From: Roseibacillus sp.
GTDB lineage: Bacteria > Verrucomicrobiota > Verrucomicrobiia > Verrucomicrobiales > Akkermansiaceae
Direction: 5' to 3'
Assembly: GCA_965242925.1 (NCBI GenBank)
Contig: CBDEUM010000038.1
Span: forward strand, 64,001 to 128,000
DNA: 64,000 nt
This document shows positions 49,842 through 59,100 of this stretch, piece by piece. The notes below the pieces were generated by a model that had not been told where the DNA came from, ran no database searches, and saw nothing but the letters and a program-made list of their open reading frames with translations. Numbering within the stretch: position 1 is the stretch's first letter; each line of letters opens with the position of its first letter. Position numbers and translations under genes: made by a program.

Positions 49842-51286
49842 AAACAATGAAGCGTATTGATTCTGAAGATCCCCGCGTGACGGCTTATGCCCTGGGTGAG
49901 TTACCTGAACATGAGGAGGCTGAACTGCGCCGTGTCGCGGAGGAGCATCCCGCCGTGCAGGCTGCTCTGGACGAGACTCGTGCGCTTGCCGGGTTGATCC
50001 GGGGTGGTTTCAGGGGGGAGAGTCTGGAACTGGGGGAGGCTCGGCGGGAAGCGATCCGCCGGGCCGGGCGCAGTCCGGTCCCCGAGAACCTGGTTTCCAT
50101 CCAATCCCGCCGGTGTGACTGGTTCCGTCCCGCGGTAGTTGCGGCGGTGGCGGCGGCGTTGGTGGTCTGCGTGCTCTGGATGATGCAGCAGATCCCCGTA
50201 GGTGAGAACGAACTTGTGCGGGAGGCGACCAAAGCCGAGCAGCGGCAAGCGGTCCGGATGCAGATTCTCCTCAGCCCCACGCCCCGGTCGGCGCGACCCA
50301 TCGCGGGGGGCGCGCCTCTTCCCCGGGCGTCCGGGGAGGAGGCCTACCCCATTCTGCCGGAAGTCCCGTCCGAGGTTGTGGACGAAGAGTATCTCGCCCT
50401 GCGCGGGCTCTGGCAGAAGGATCCCGACGCATTTTTCGAGAGAGTGCGCAGCGCAGCGCGGGAGATAAACCTTCCGGTCCTGAGTCGCATGGCGTTCCTG
50501 ACGGACAATCCCTTCATCTCCACGCGGGAAGAGGCGAGCTCGATCATTCCCATCGTTTCCGGAACTGCCAGCTATCACCTGGTAGAGCGGTTTATCCGTA
50601 ACGAAAAAAGGTTGCCGCCGCCGAACAGCGTGCGCACGGAGGAGTTGATCAATCAGGTGTCCTACCCTGGCGATGGAGATGCGGACCTGGATGGGATCAA
50701 GCTGGGAGTTGAGATTGTGCGCTGTCCCTGGGACCGGGAATTGGCCCTCCTGGGGGTGCTCCTCCGTAATGAGTCCGGGAGAGTGATCGCTGAGGACGCA
50801 GTGTTGCAGGTTGAGGCGGATCCTGAGTTCGTCGGGAGCTACCGCCTGATTGGCTACGCTGGCCGGTCGGATCCGGAGGGAGAGGGCGGAGTTTCGGGAG
50901 GGCTCTTCCCGGGGAAATCAAACTATGTGCTCTATCAGTTCCGACCATCCGCTCCGGAAATCTTCAACGCCCACCGGGTGGTGGCGAGAGTGAGTTTGGG
51001 TGTCGGAGCGGAGGGCAGTGAGCTGATTGTGCCGGTGACCACCCCGCCCCGGGAGTGGGAGCTGTCCAGCAACAACCTCCAGACGGCGGTGGCTCTGGCT
51101 ACGTGGGGGATGGTCTTGCGGCAGTCTCCCTTCGGCGGGCCTCTTACCCACCTGCATATCAGGGAATTCGCAGAGAATGCCCTCCATGGTAGTGATTCGT
51201 CCGATCTCAGACGACGGGAGGCCCTGCAACTGATCCTCGATTCGTTGCCCTTCTTCGAGATTGAGCCGGAAGAGAATGAGAACTGA
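49838..51286 (+). CDS. Membrane-anchored anti-sigma/YfbK-like protein apparently lacking the central vWA domain
   Basis: TAYALGEL anti-sigma-like start, TM helix, DNPF..TASY..LPPPNSVRTEELIN..CPW, then directly IAEDAVLQVE..YRLIGY; coupled to the sigma gene (GTGA). Confidence 0.7.
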   Translation: MKTMKRIDSEDPRVTAYALGELPEHEEAELRRVAEEHPAVQAALDETRALAGLIRGGFRGESLELGEARREAIRRAGRSPVPENLVSIQSRRCDWFRPAVVAAVAAALVVCVLWMMQQIPVGENELVREATKAEQRQAVRMQILLSPTPRSARPIAGGAPLPRASGEEAYPILPEVPSEVVDEEYLALRGLWQKDPDAFFERVRSAAREINLPVLSRMAFLTDNPFISTREEASSIIPIVSGTASYHLVERFIRNEKRLPPPNSVRTEELINQVSYPGDGDADLDGIKLGVEIVRCPWDRELALLGVLLRNESGRVIAEDAVLQVEADPEFVGSYRLIGYAGRSDPEGEGGVSGGLFPGKSNYVLYQFRPSAPEIFNAHRVVARVSLGVGAEGSELIVPVTTPPREWELSSNNLQTAVALATWGMVLRQSPFGGPLTHLHIREFAENALHGSDSSDLRRREALQLILDSLPFFEIEPEENEN

Positions 51287-51358
51287 CGGGGTGCCGGCTG
51301 GCAGGAGGGAGTTTGTGGATTGCGGGAGGCGGGGTGGAGGTTAGGCTATTACAGAGTG

Positions 51359-51760
51359 ATGAATGGTCGTAGACGCGTATTCGTGATCCTGGGCGTGACC
51401 ATGGTGGTGGCTCTTGGATTGGGGTTTGGAGTCTGGAAGTGGGTGACGCGGGAAAAGCCGAGCTACGAGTCGGCCTTCGTGGAATATGTATGGATAGACT
51501 ACCCAGCCGGCAGCATGCTGGAAGTGTCTGATTTTGGTGGCGACCGGATGGACTCGATTCTGCGGGAGCGAAAGGCAGGCTATCTTGCCGGGGTGACCAG
51601 CAGGGGCGATCCTCCCGAAGTGGTGGAAGTGGAACTGGCAGTTGATCTGGATGCTCTGGAAACCAAGGTGCTGGTTGAGGAATTCAAGGGAATGGGTCTT
51701 GTTCCAAAGGAGGCGACCTTCGAGTCCGGAACCTATCCGCGGTCCGGGCTCCTCGACTAG
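51359..51760 (+). CDS. Hypothetical single-pass membrane protein
   Basis: MNGRRRVFVILGVTMVVALGLG anchor; fills the gap between neighbours on the same strand. Confidence 0.55.
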   Translation: MNGRRRVFVILGVTMVVALGLGFGVWKWVTREKPSYESAFVEYVWIDYPAGSMLEVSDFGGDRMDSILRERKAGYLAGVTSRGDPPEVVEVELAVDLDALETKVLVEEFKGMGLVPKEATFESGTYPRSGLLD

Positions 51761-51900
51761 GAGAGTCTGCCGAAAGACCCGCCTGGCGGAATGGCGTACG
51801 GGAGGGCCGGGTTCCTCGCTGAGGTCGCCGTATTCCCTTCCTTCCAATCCCCCGGTGATGACGTTTGGACATCGGGGGATGACACGATAGAGTGGGGCCA

Positions 51901-52773
51901 GTGAACGATCCTCCCTGCATTCTCCTGGTGGACAACGGTTCCCACCGTGCCGAGTCGACCCTGAGCCTGCGCCACATGGCGGAAGCCCTGGGCGGTCATG
52001 TTGGAGCAGATGTCCATCCGGTTTCGCTTCTGCATTCTACCAAGGTGGATCCTGCCGAACTGGGAGGCGCTCCGGCCCAAATTTTTGAGCCGTTCCTCCG
52101 GGCCCGGCAGGAAGAAGACAGGCATTCCTTTGTGGTGGTGCCCTTCTTCTTCGGGCACAGCGCGGCGATTTACGAGTATCTCCCCCAACGAGTCCAGGAG
52201 ATGAAGGGGAGTTGGCCGGAACTTGAAGTGCGGGTGGCGTCCTCCATGGTGAAACTGGATGAATCGGACGACACGCGGGTGGCCCGTATTCTGGGGGACC
52301 TGGTTGTGAGGAAAACGAAGGAGGAAGATCTCGAGAAACCAGCGGTGATCCTGGTGGATCATGGGACGCCACGGGTGGCGGTCAACCGGGTGCGCAATCA
52401 CATCGCGGCCCAGCTTCGCGCCGTCCTGGGTGATCGGGTGGCGACGGTGGAGGCTTCCTCCATGGAGCGCCGGGCAGGGGCGGAGTACGATTTCAACGAG
52501 CCCCTGCTGGAGGATTTGCTCGGCCGGGAGGGCTTTGACCGGGAAGTCGTCCTGGCCATGCTGTTCATTTCGCCCGGGCGTCATGCGGGACCGGGTGGGG
52601 ATATTGCCCGGATCTGTGAAGCGGCGGAAGTTCGCTGTCCCGGGTTGCGGACGCATGGAAGCGATCTCTTCGCGACACACCCCGGGGTGATCGACCTTTT
52701 GGCCCAACGCTGCGAAGAGGGGTTGGCAAGCGAACCGGTTCAAGGGGAAATCGCCGCTCCGGGGGTGGAGTGA
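51901..52773 (+). CDS. CbiX/SirB-family chelatase-like protein (two domains)
   Basis: LLVDNGS, VVPFFFG, LVDHGTP, LFISPGRHAG..GDI; GTG at 51901 preferred. Confidence 0.75.
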   Translation: MNDPPCILLVDNGSHRAESTLSLRHMAEALGGHVGADVHPVSLLHSTKVDPAELGGAPAQIFEPFLRARQEEDRHSFVVVPFFFGHSAAIYEYLPQRVQEMKGSWPELEVRVASSMVKLDESDDTRVARILGDLVVRKTKEEDLEKPAVILVDHGTPRVAVNRVRNHIAAQLRAVLGDRVATVEASSMERRAGAEYDFNEPLLEDLLGREGFDREVVLAMLFISPGRHAGPGGDIARICEAAEVRCPGLRTHGSDLFATHPGVIDLLAQRCEEGLASEPVQGEIAAPGVE

Positions 52774-52779
52774 TCCGGC

Positions 52780-53448
52780 ATGTCTGAAGTCGCCACCATT
52801 AAATTCTGGAGGGATCAGGTGGTCCGTTCGGGGCCGGAGAATATGGCAGTGGACAGTTGGCTCCTTGAACGGGAGGGGGAGCCTATCCTGCGCGTATACG
52901 ACTGGCAGGGAGAGTGGGGCAGCCTGGGCTACTTCGGGGCAGCGGCGGAAGCGCGGGCCACGATGCCCAAGGTCTCGCTGGTGCGTCGTGCCACGGGAGG
53001 GGGGTTTGTGGATCACCGTCATGACCAGACCTATACCCTCGTGCTGCCGAGGGGTTGCGGACTGGCGGGACGGAAGGGGGACGAGAGCTATCGCGTGATT
53101 CACTCAGCGCTGGCGGAAGTATTGCGGGAGGCCGGGGCAGAGGTGCGCTTGGTTCAGGAGGATGCCCGGGTGGAATCTCCGGCCTGTTTTGAAAAGCCAG
53201 TGGCGTGGGATCTCGTAGACGGGCGGGGATGCAAGGTGGCAGGAGCGGGGCAGCGGCGCAGCCGTAAGGGCTTGCTGCATCAGGGCAGCGTGATGCTCGA
53301 AGAGGGACTGGACGGGGATTCCGTGTTTAGCTCTCTGGCCGGTAGGTTGGCGAAGAAGGTGAAACGAGTTCGCCGCGAGCCCTCAGGGGAGGAACTCGCG
53401 GCGTTGATTGACCGTTTTTCCAGCCAGTCATGGGGGGAACGACGGTAG
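52780..53448 (+). CDS. Lipoate-protein ligase family protein (LplA/LipM-like)
   Basis: ENMAVD, VRRATGGGFVDH, CFEKP, KVAGAGQRR, LHQGS. Confidence 0.85.
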   Translation: MSEVATIKFWRDQVVRSGPENMAVDSWLLEREGEPILRVYDWQGEWGSLGYFGAAAEARATMPKVSLVRRATGGGFVDHRHDQTYTLVLPRGCGLAGRKGDESYRVIHSALAEVLREAGAEVRLVQEDARVESPACFEKPVAWDLVDGRGCKVAGAGQRRSRKGLLHQGSVMLEEGLDGDSVFSSLAGRLAKKVKRVRREPSGEELAALIDRFSSQSWGERR

Positions 53449-53464
53449 GGCCTGGCAGATGCGT

Positions 53465-54490
53465 TTACTTGCCCTTGGGGAGCTCCTTGTCGAGGTGCTC
53501 TTTCAGGACATCGCGGCCGAAGTCTTTATCGAAGAGGCGCCAGACGGCGTGAGCATGATTGGCTCCGTTCTGGGTGTTGGCATACTCCACCATGAATACG
53601 CCCTCATCCGTTACGCGGAAGTAGTGTGGATCGCCCTTGGTGAGGCCCCCGGCCCAGGTGAACTGCAGTGTGTCGACGGACTCGGCGATCTCATTCATGG
53701 CCGGCCTGGCAAGTTCGGACCGGGTATTACTGGCGAACTCCCGCAGGATGGCGAGGAGGAGTTTCTTCTGCTCCGCGGTCATGTCCCCACCCTTCACGCC
53801 CTGTGATTTTGGCTTGGCAGCGACCCGGTCCTGACTGGAGAGAATATCGCGCGGCGCCTTATCGGAAAACACGACCGGTTTACCGGCCTCCTTGAGAGAT
53901 TTCATGAGCGCCCGGGCCTGATCCTCCATGCGGCCCAGGGGACGGGTGCCTTTGCGGGGGCCCTTCTTCACAATAGCAGGGTTGGTGCCGAAGAAGGCCG
54001 GGGTGGCTACCACATTGCCATTGATGATGGTGTAGTTGAGGGAAAGGTGGTGTCCCTCAAATCGCCATCCCCAGACCCCGGTCTTCTGCTTGCTGGAGGG
54101 TTCCCCGAAGATTGCGATGTAGTACTTCTGGGTGTCGCGTTTGACCGGATCGTTTTCCATTTCGGCCAGGACGGCTTCCAGGCTCATGATGGTGGTAGCG
54201 TTCAGGACCCCCTTCTGGCTGAGACCACTGGCGAGGAGGGCGTAAGCATAGTGGGTCTGAGAGGGATTCAGTTCACTCAACTTGATCCCCTTGCGGTCGA
54301 GGGGGATGAAGTGCCAGTTTTCGCGCTCCTCATCGGTGAATTTGAAGGAGGCGCTGGCCTTCTGTTTGGCATCGAGGCCCTTCAGGAAATCGCGGGCAGC
54401 CCGACCCATGTCCAAAGCAGGGCTTCCAGCGTGGGCGACCGGGACGGCCAGGAGAACAGCGGCTAGTGCTAGATGTTTCTTCATAATCAA
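53465..54490 (-). CDS. Secreted DUF3500-family protein
   Basis: Signal peptide; ERENWHFIP, WGWRFEGHHLSLN, TPAFFG, NHAHAVWR..DFG. Confidence 0.8.
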   Translation of the reverse strand: MIMKKHLALAAVLLAVPVAHAGSPALDMGRAARDFLKGLDAKQKASASFKFTDEERENWHFIPLDRKGIKLSELNPSQTHYAYALLASGLSQKGVLNATTIMSLEAVLAEMENDPVKRDTQKYYIAIFGEPSSKQKTGVWGWRFEGHHLSLNYTIINGNVVATPAFFGTNPAIVKKGPRKGTRPLGRMEDQARALMKSLKEAGKPVVFSDKAPRDILSSQDRVAAKPKSQGVKGGDMTAEQKKLLLAILREFASNTRSELARPAMNEIAESVDTLQFTWAGGLTKGDPHYFRVTDEGVFMVEYANTQNGANHAHAVWRLFDKDFGRDVLKEHLDKELPKGK

Positions 54491-54600
54491 CGGGAGTCTG
54501 CGATGGCAATCCCGGAATGGAAGCAGGAATATTCTGCCGGGAGATTGGCCATTGCAGGTGGCCTGAAGAAGCGAACGGAGGCGGCGGACTGATAGCTGGT

Positions 54601-56004
54601 TCAGGGGGTCACCCCCAGCATGCTCGTGGCCACCAGCAGGTAGATGAGCATTCCGGAGACGTCTACCACGGTGGTGACGGCCGGGGCGGCGATAACGGCG
54701 GGATCGAGATGGATGGCGCGGGCGCCGAGGGGAAGCAGGGCACCGATCAAAGTGGAGGCGGTCACCTGCACGGTGAGAGCCACGGCCACCGCTGAACCAA
54801 AGCGCAGGAAACTGATACCGGGCGAGACTTCGGGATGGAAAAGCGGGAGAATGAAGATTGCCACCATCGCAATGGTGAGGCCGAGGATGAGTCCCAGCAT
54901 GGCTCCGAGGCGCAGTTCCTTCCAGGCCACCCGGAAGGCATCGCGGGCATCCAGTTCGTTCAGAGCCATGGCGCGGATGGCCACGGAGGAGGCCTGTCCT
55001 CCCGAGTTGCCGCCTGCGGCAATGATCATGGGAAGGAAGAGCATGAGGAGGGGGATGCCCTCCAGGGTTTTCTCGAAGCGGAACATGATCGCGCCAGCCG
55101 CGATGGAGAGGAGGGCCAGGCCCACCAACCAGATCACGCGGCGACTGAAGTGCGTGGTCACGCGGGTGTTGAGATAACTTTCTTCCGTTTGCTCCCCCGT
55201 CAATCCCGCCTGCTTTTCGATATCCTCGGTGGATTCCTCGCTCAGGATCTCCATTGCATCATCGGAAGTGATCACCCCGAGGAGACGGTTCTCTTTGTCC
55301 ACCACCGGAAGGGCCAGCATGTCGTACTTCAGAACGGCGGTTGAGGCCTCCTCCTGATCGGTGTCAGCCAGCACGGTGTGCTCGACCGGTTGCATGATAT
55401 CGCTCACCGGGGTCTGCCAGACATTGAAGGTGAGGTCTCGCAGCCGGATTTTGCCCGCCAGGTGATCCTGTTCGTCCAGGACAAAGATCCGGCTCAGGGT
55501 CTCGGTGTCTTCGAGATCAGGGCGGAGGTGATCAAGGGCTTCCTTCACGGTCATCCCGATGGAGATGTTGCCGATCTGAGTGGTCATGCGTCCACCCGCG
55601 GTGTCTTCGGCATACTCAAGCAGGGTGCGGGTGAGTTCGCGTTCTTCCTGCTCTTCGAGGAGTCCGATCAGTTTTTCACGCTTTTGATCATCCTCCACAT
55701 CCTGGAGCACATCCACCCGATCGTCGTCGGGAAGTTCTTCCAGAACCTCGCGTTGCTGGCTGGGCTTGAGGTGGTCAAGCGCCTCCTCCACCAGTGGGTC
55801 TGGAATTTCGGCCAGGACCTCGGAAAAGGCCTCGGAGGGAAGAGTGCGGGCAAACCACGCCTGGCCCTTGCGGGGGAGATCCTCGTAGACCGCGGCCAGG
55901 TCGGCGTGGTGAACCTCTTCGGCCGCTGACAGGAAGGCGCTCCCGTCGCGGGCCGCGATGGCTTGTCTCAAATCCCCGAGAATTTGTGGGTCCTCCTCCG
56001 GCAC
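54601..56004 (-). CDS. mgtE: Magnesium transporter MgtE
   Basis: Acidic N-domain, EDTAGGRMT CBS pair, GGNSGGQ, LDPAVIAAP..TTVVD. Confidence 0.93.
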   Translation of the reverse strand: MPEEDPQILGDLRQAIAARDGSAFLSAAEEVHHADLAAVYEDLPRKGQAWFARTLPSEAFSEVLAEIPDPLVEEALDHLKPSQQREVLEELPDDDRVDVLQDVEDDQKREKLIGLLEEQEERELTRTLLEYAEDTAGGRMTTQIGNISIGMTVKEALDHLRPDLEDTETLSRIFVLDEQDHLAGKIRLRDLTFNVWQTPVSDIMQPVEHTVLADTDQEEASTAVLKYDMLALPVVDKENRLLGVITSDDAMEILSEESTEDIEKQAGLTGEQTEESYLNTRVTTHFSRRVIWLVGLALLSIAAGAIMFRFEKTLEGIPLLMLFLPMIIAAGGNSGGQASSVAIRAMALNELDARDAFRVAWKELRLGAMLGLILGLTIAMVAIFILPLFHPEVSPGISFLRFGSAVAVALTVQVTASTLIGALLPLGARAIHLDPAVIAAPAVTTVVDVSGMLIYLLVATSMLGVTP

Positions 56005-56143
56005 CGGGGCAGATTAGGAAGCGCTTCCAATTTGAGAAGTCCAAACAGAGAGGCGAGGCGGGGACGGAGTTTTTCTTTGCGGGGCACTGCTATAGGTTGT
56101 GTATATTACTCCCGACCTCCCTCACCCCCCCCTTCCTTCCCGT

Positions 56144-59100
56144 ATGAGGTTTCCTTGGCGTCCTGCTGCCCTGCTTCTCCTGACCGTATCCCTGGTCCGG
56201 GGAGAAGCCATGCTGCAGTATTTCAACACGAGTTGGCGGGAAATCCGGCAGAAAGTCCCTGAAATAGCGGAAGCAGGGTATGAGTCGCTCTGGCTTCCTC
56301 CCCCCACCAAGGCCGGCGGAGGCTTCTCGGTGGGATACGATCTCTTTGACCGTTTCGATCTGGGGTCAAAGGACCAGAAGGGATCAGTGGCCACCCGTTA
56401 TGGAACGGAGCAGGAGTTGCTCGATCTCATCCGGGTGGCACACCGCTTCGGAATCCGGGTTTATTTCGACAGTATCATGAACCACAACGGGTTTGATGTG
56501 CCTCGCTACAACGAATTCGTGGCGGAGGATGTCTACCCGGGATTCCGCCCTGGTGACTTCCACCTGCGCGAGACCGGCGATGGGTTCTACCAAAAATGGG
56601 ATAATACGAGGGACTGGGGCAGCACGTGGCAGGTGCAGAACCTGGGGCTTTCAGGACTCATCGACATCGCCAACGAACCTGGTCCGACCAATCGTAATCA
56701 TGGTCCCTTCGAGGGCGACACCCGGAGCAAGCCTCTCTTCCTCCGTCATCCCGACAATCCGGACTACTATTGCTATGTCCCGAGTGGACCGGGACAGACC
56801 CACGCGGCCAATGAAGGCACCTACGTGGGCTTCGGAACCAGCAACGGGATCACGCGTGCTTCCCTGCAGGCCAACGAATCATTTTACCAGGAGGTGGTGG
56901 AGGATATGTTGCACCGTTCCCTGCGTTGGCAGCTTGATCGAACCAATGTGGACGGGGCACGACTCGATGCAGTCAAGCACACGCCCGCGGACTTCTTTGG
57001 AGCCACCTTCGGGGCGGACAGAGACACCTCGGACTACGGCTACCTGGGGCAGGCCCAACGGCAATTCAACCTTTCGCGTGGTTATCTCGATGCGAATCAC
57101 CGGGACACCGTCTTCAGCATCGATGCGCCACGCGATGATGCCATGTTCTTTGGCGAACACCTGGGGGCGCCGCCCGCGTATGGACCCTATATTGACGCGG
57201 GGATGCGGCTCATAGACAACGACCTCCGCAACAACCTTAACGATATTCTCGGCAATCCCTCCGCCACCCTGGCTGGCTACGACCAGCCGGGAGCCGGAGG
57301 ATTCAGTCCAAGCGTCTCGGTCATGCACGCGCAGAGTCACGACAACGACTTTGCAGTGCGTCGTGAATTGCAGCACGCCTTCTACTTCACCCGCGACGGT
57401 CTGCCGCTGGTCTACACGGATGGAAACTATCATGCCGGAACACTGGAAGGCAGCGGGGGTGCCTTTCCACGGCATGCCAATACCTCCTTCCTCGGGCAGT
57501 TTGGCGACAACCGTCTGCCCAATCTGGCCTTCCTCCACCAGCACTTCGCACGCGGTTTCCAGCGTCCCCGCTGGGCCGACAACGATTTCGTGGCCTACGA
57601 GCGCATCGACAAGAGGGAAAATGGCGGAATGAGCGACGATGCGGGAGTGGTGGCCATCGTACTGGTGAACGACAACTATGCCAGCGGGAGCAGTCGTCAT
57701 ATCGGAACCACCTTTCCCTCCACCCCCTTCGTGGACGATGCCTATCTCTACCAGTATGCCCGTGGTTATGGGAGTCAGACGGGGTTCTTCAAGTATGCCT
57801 CACAGCTTGACGAGGTGGTGGTTGATCCGGGGAGTTACATGGTCTTTTCCTACCGCACTCCGGAGGAGTCGCGGGCCTGGAGCGAGATCGGCGGACGGGC
57901 CATTGAGATTTTCCAGGAGGGTGGGCGGGCGGACAGTATGACGGTGACGCGGCGAGATGGTCCGGATGGCGATGAAGGTTTCAGCGGACCTTTTGCCAAT
58001 CCGGGATTTCATCCCCGATCCTCTGATCTCGGCGGGGTCGGGGGTACTGATTTCGAGTATGAGGTCGAGATTCCACGGGTGACCGATGTGGGCAACCTGA
58101 AGTTCGTGTTCCGCGCTGACCGTTCGACGTCCAACATTCTCTGCAAACTGGACGGGGGTGTTGATCTCAACGGGAGGCGTCCCGCCGGGAATGGCGACCC
58201 GGGCTTCCGGGACAACCCACCGGCCCTGAGCACGGATGTCTTCCTCGGGTATGAACAACCCGATTTCGTGGAACGCATGGGACCGGAGAAGTTTGCGGCC
58301 AGGAACACTTCCCGTTGTGCCCTGGACGCGGCGGAGGCGGAAAACTGGGCGATCCGGATCGGTTCGGGGAGGTTTTCGCACGTCAACGGGGAGGGGAACA
58401 ACTCCACTCCGCCGGATACCGTGCAGTTCGTGTATCACGATCCCGAAGCAGCCCTGCCGGGATCGATCGGCAATGGGAACCACTACCGGGAGACTCCCAA
58501 CTCGATTGAGGTTCACGTGAAAACGAACTCCGGACTGGGAGGATACAGGGGAGCCCTCTACTACACCCTCGATCGCAGTGTTCCGCTCGGGGCAGGTGGG
58601 ATCGGGGCAAACGCATCCACCTTGACCGTTCCCATGAACTGGGTGGGTGATGCCGAGGGCGGTAGCTGGTGGAAGGGGACCATCACGCCGCGGCGGGTGG
58701 GAACGGTTCGCTACATGGCGGCCGTTCGCCGCGCTACCGTGAATCCGCTCTTCCCGAGGGGGGCAGACGAGGTCGCTGACAAGCGGCATGGGATGACCGT
58801 CTTCGAGATCGATGGCTTTAATGGTGAGACGGTGGAGTTTTTTCCTCATAACGACTACGCCAAGACTCCTGATCAGGACTCCTTCGTGATGGAGACCGGA
58901 TTGGATGAAGGGTTTCACATTCTGCGGGCCCGGGCTTTTCTGGAGCGCACCGGGAAGGCTTCGCTCTACAACACCTTCCAGCAGACATTCTACTATGATG
59001 CTGGCAGGCCGCAGGGAGAGATCGTCTTCCCGAGCGAGAACGACATCCTGAGCGATCAGAACTTCGAGGTGGTGGTCCGGGCCGATGCGAGTGTGGGGGA

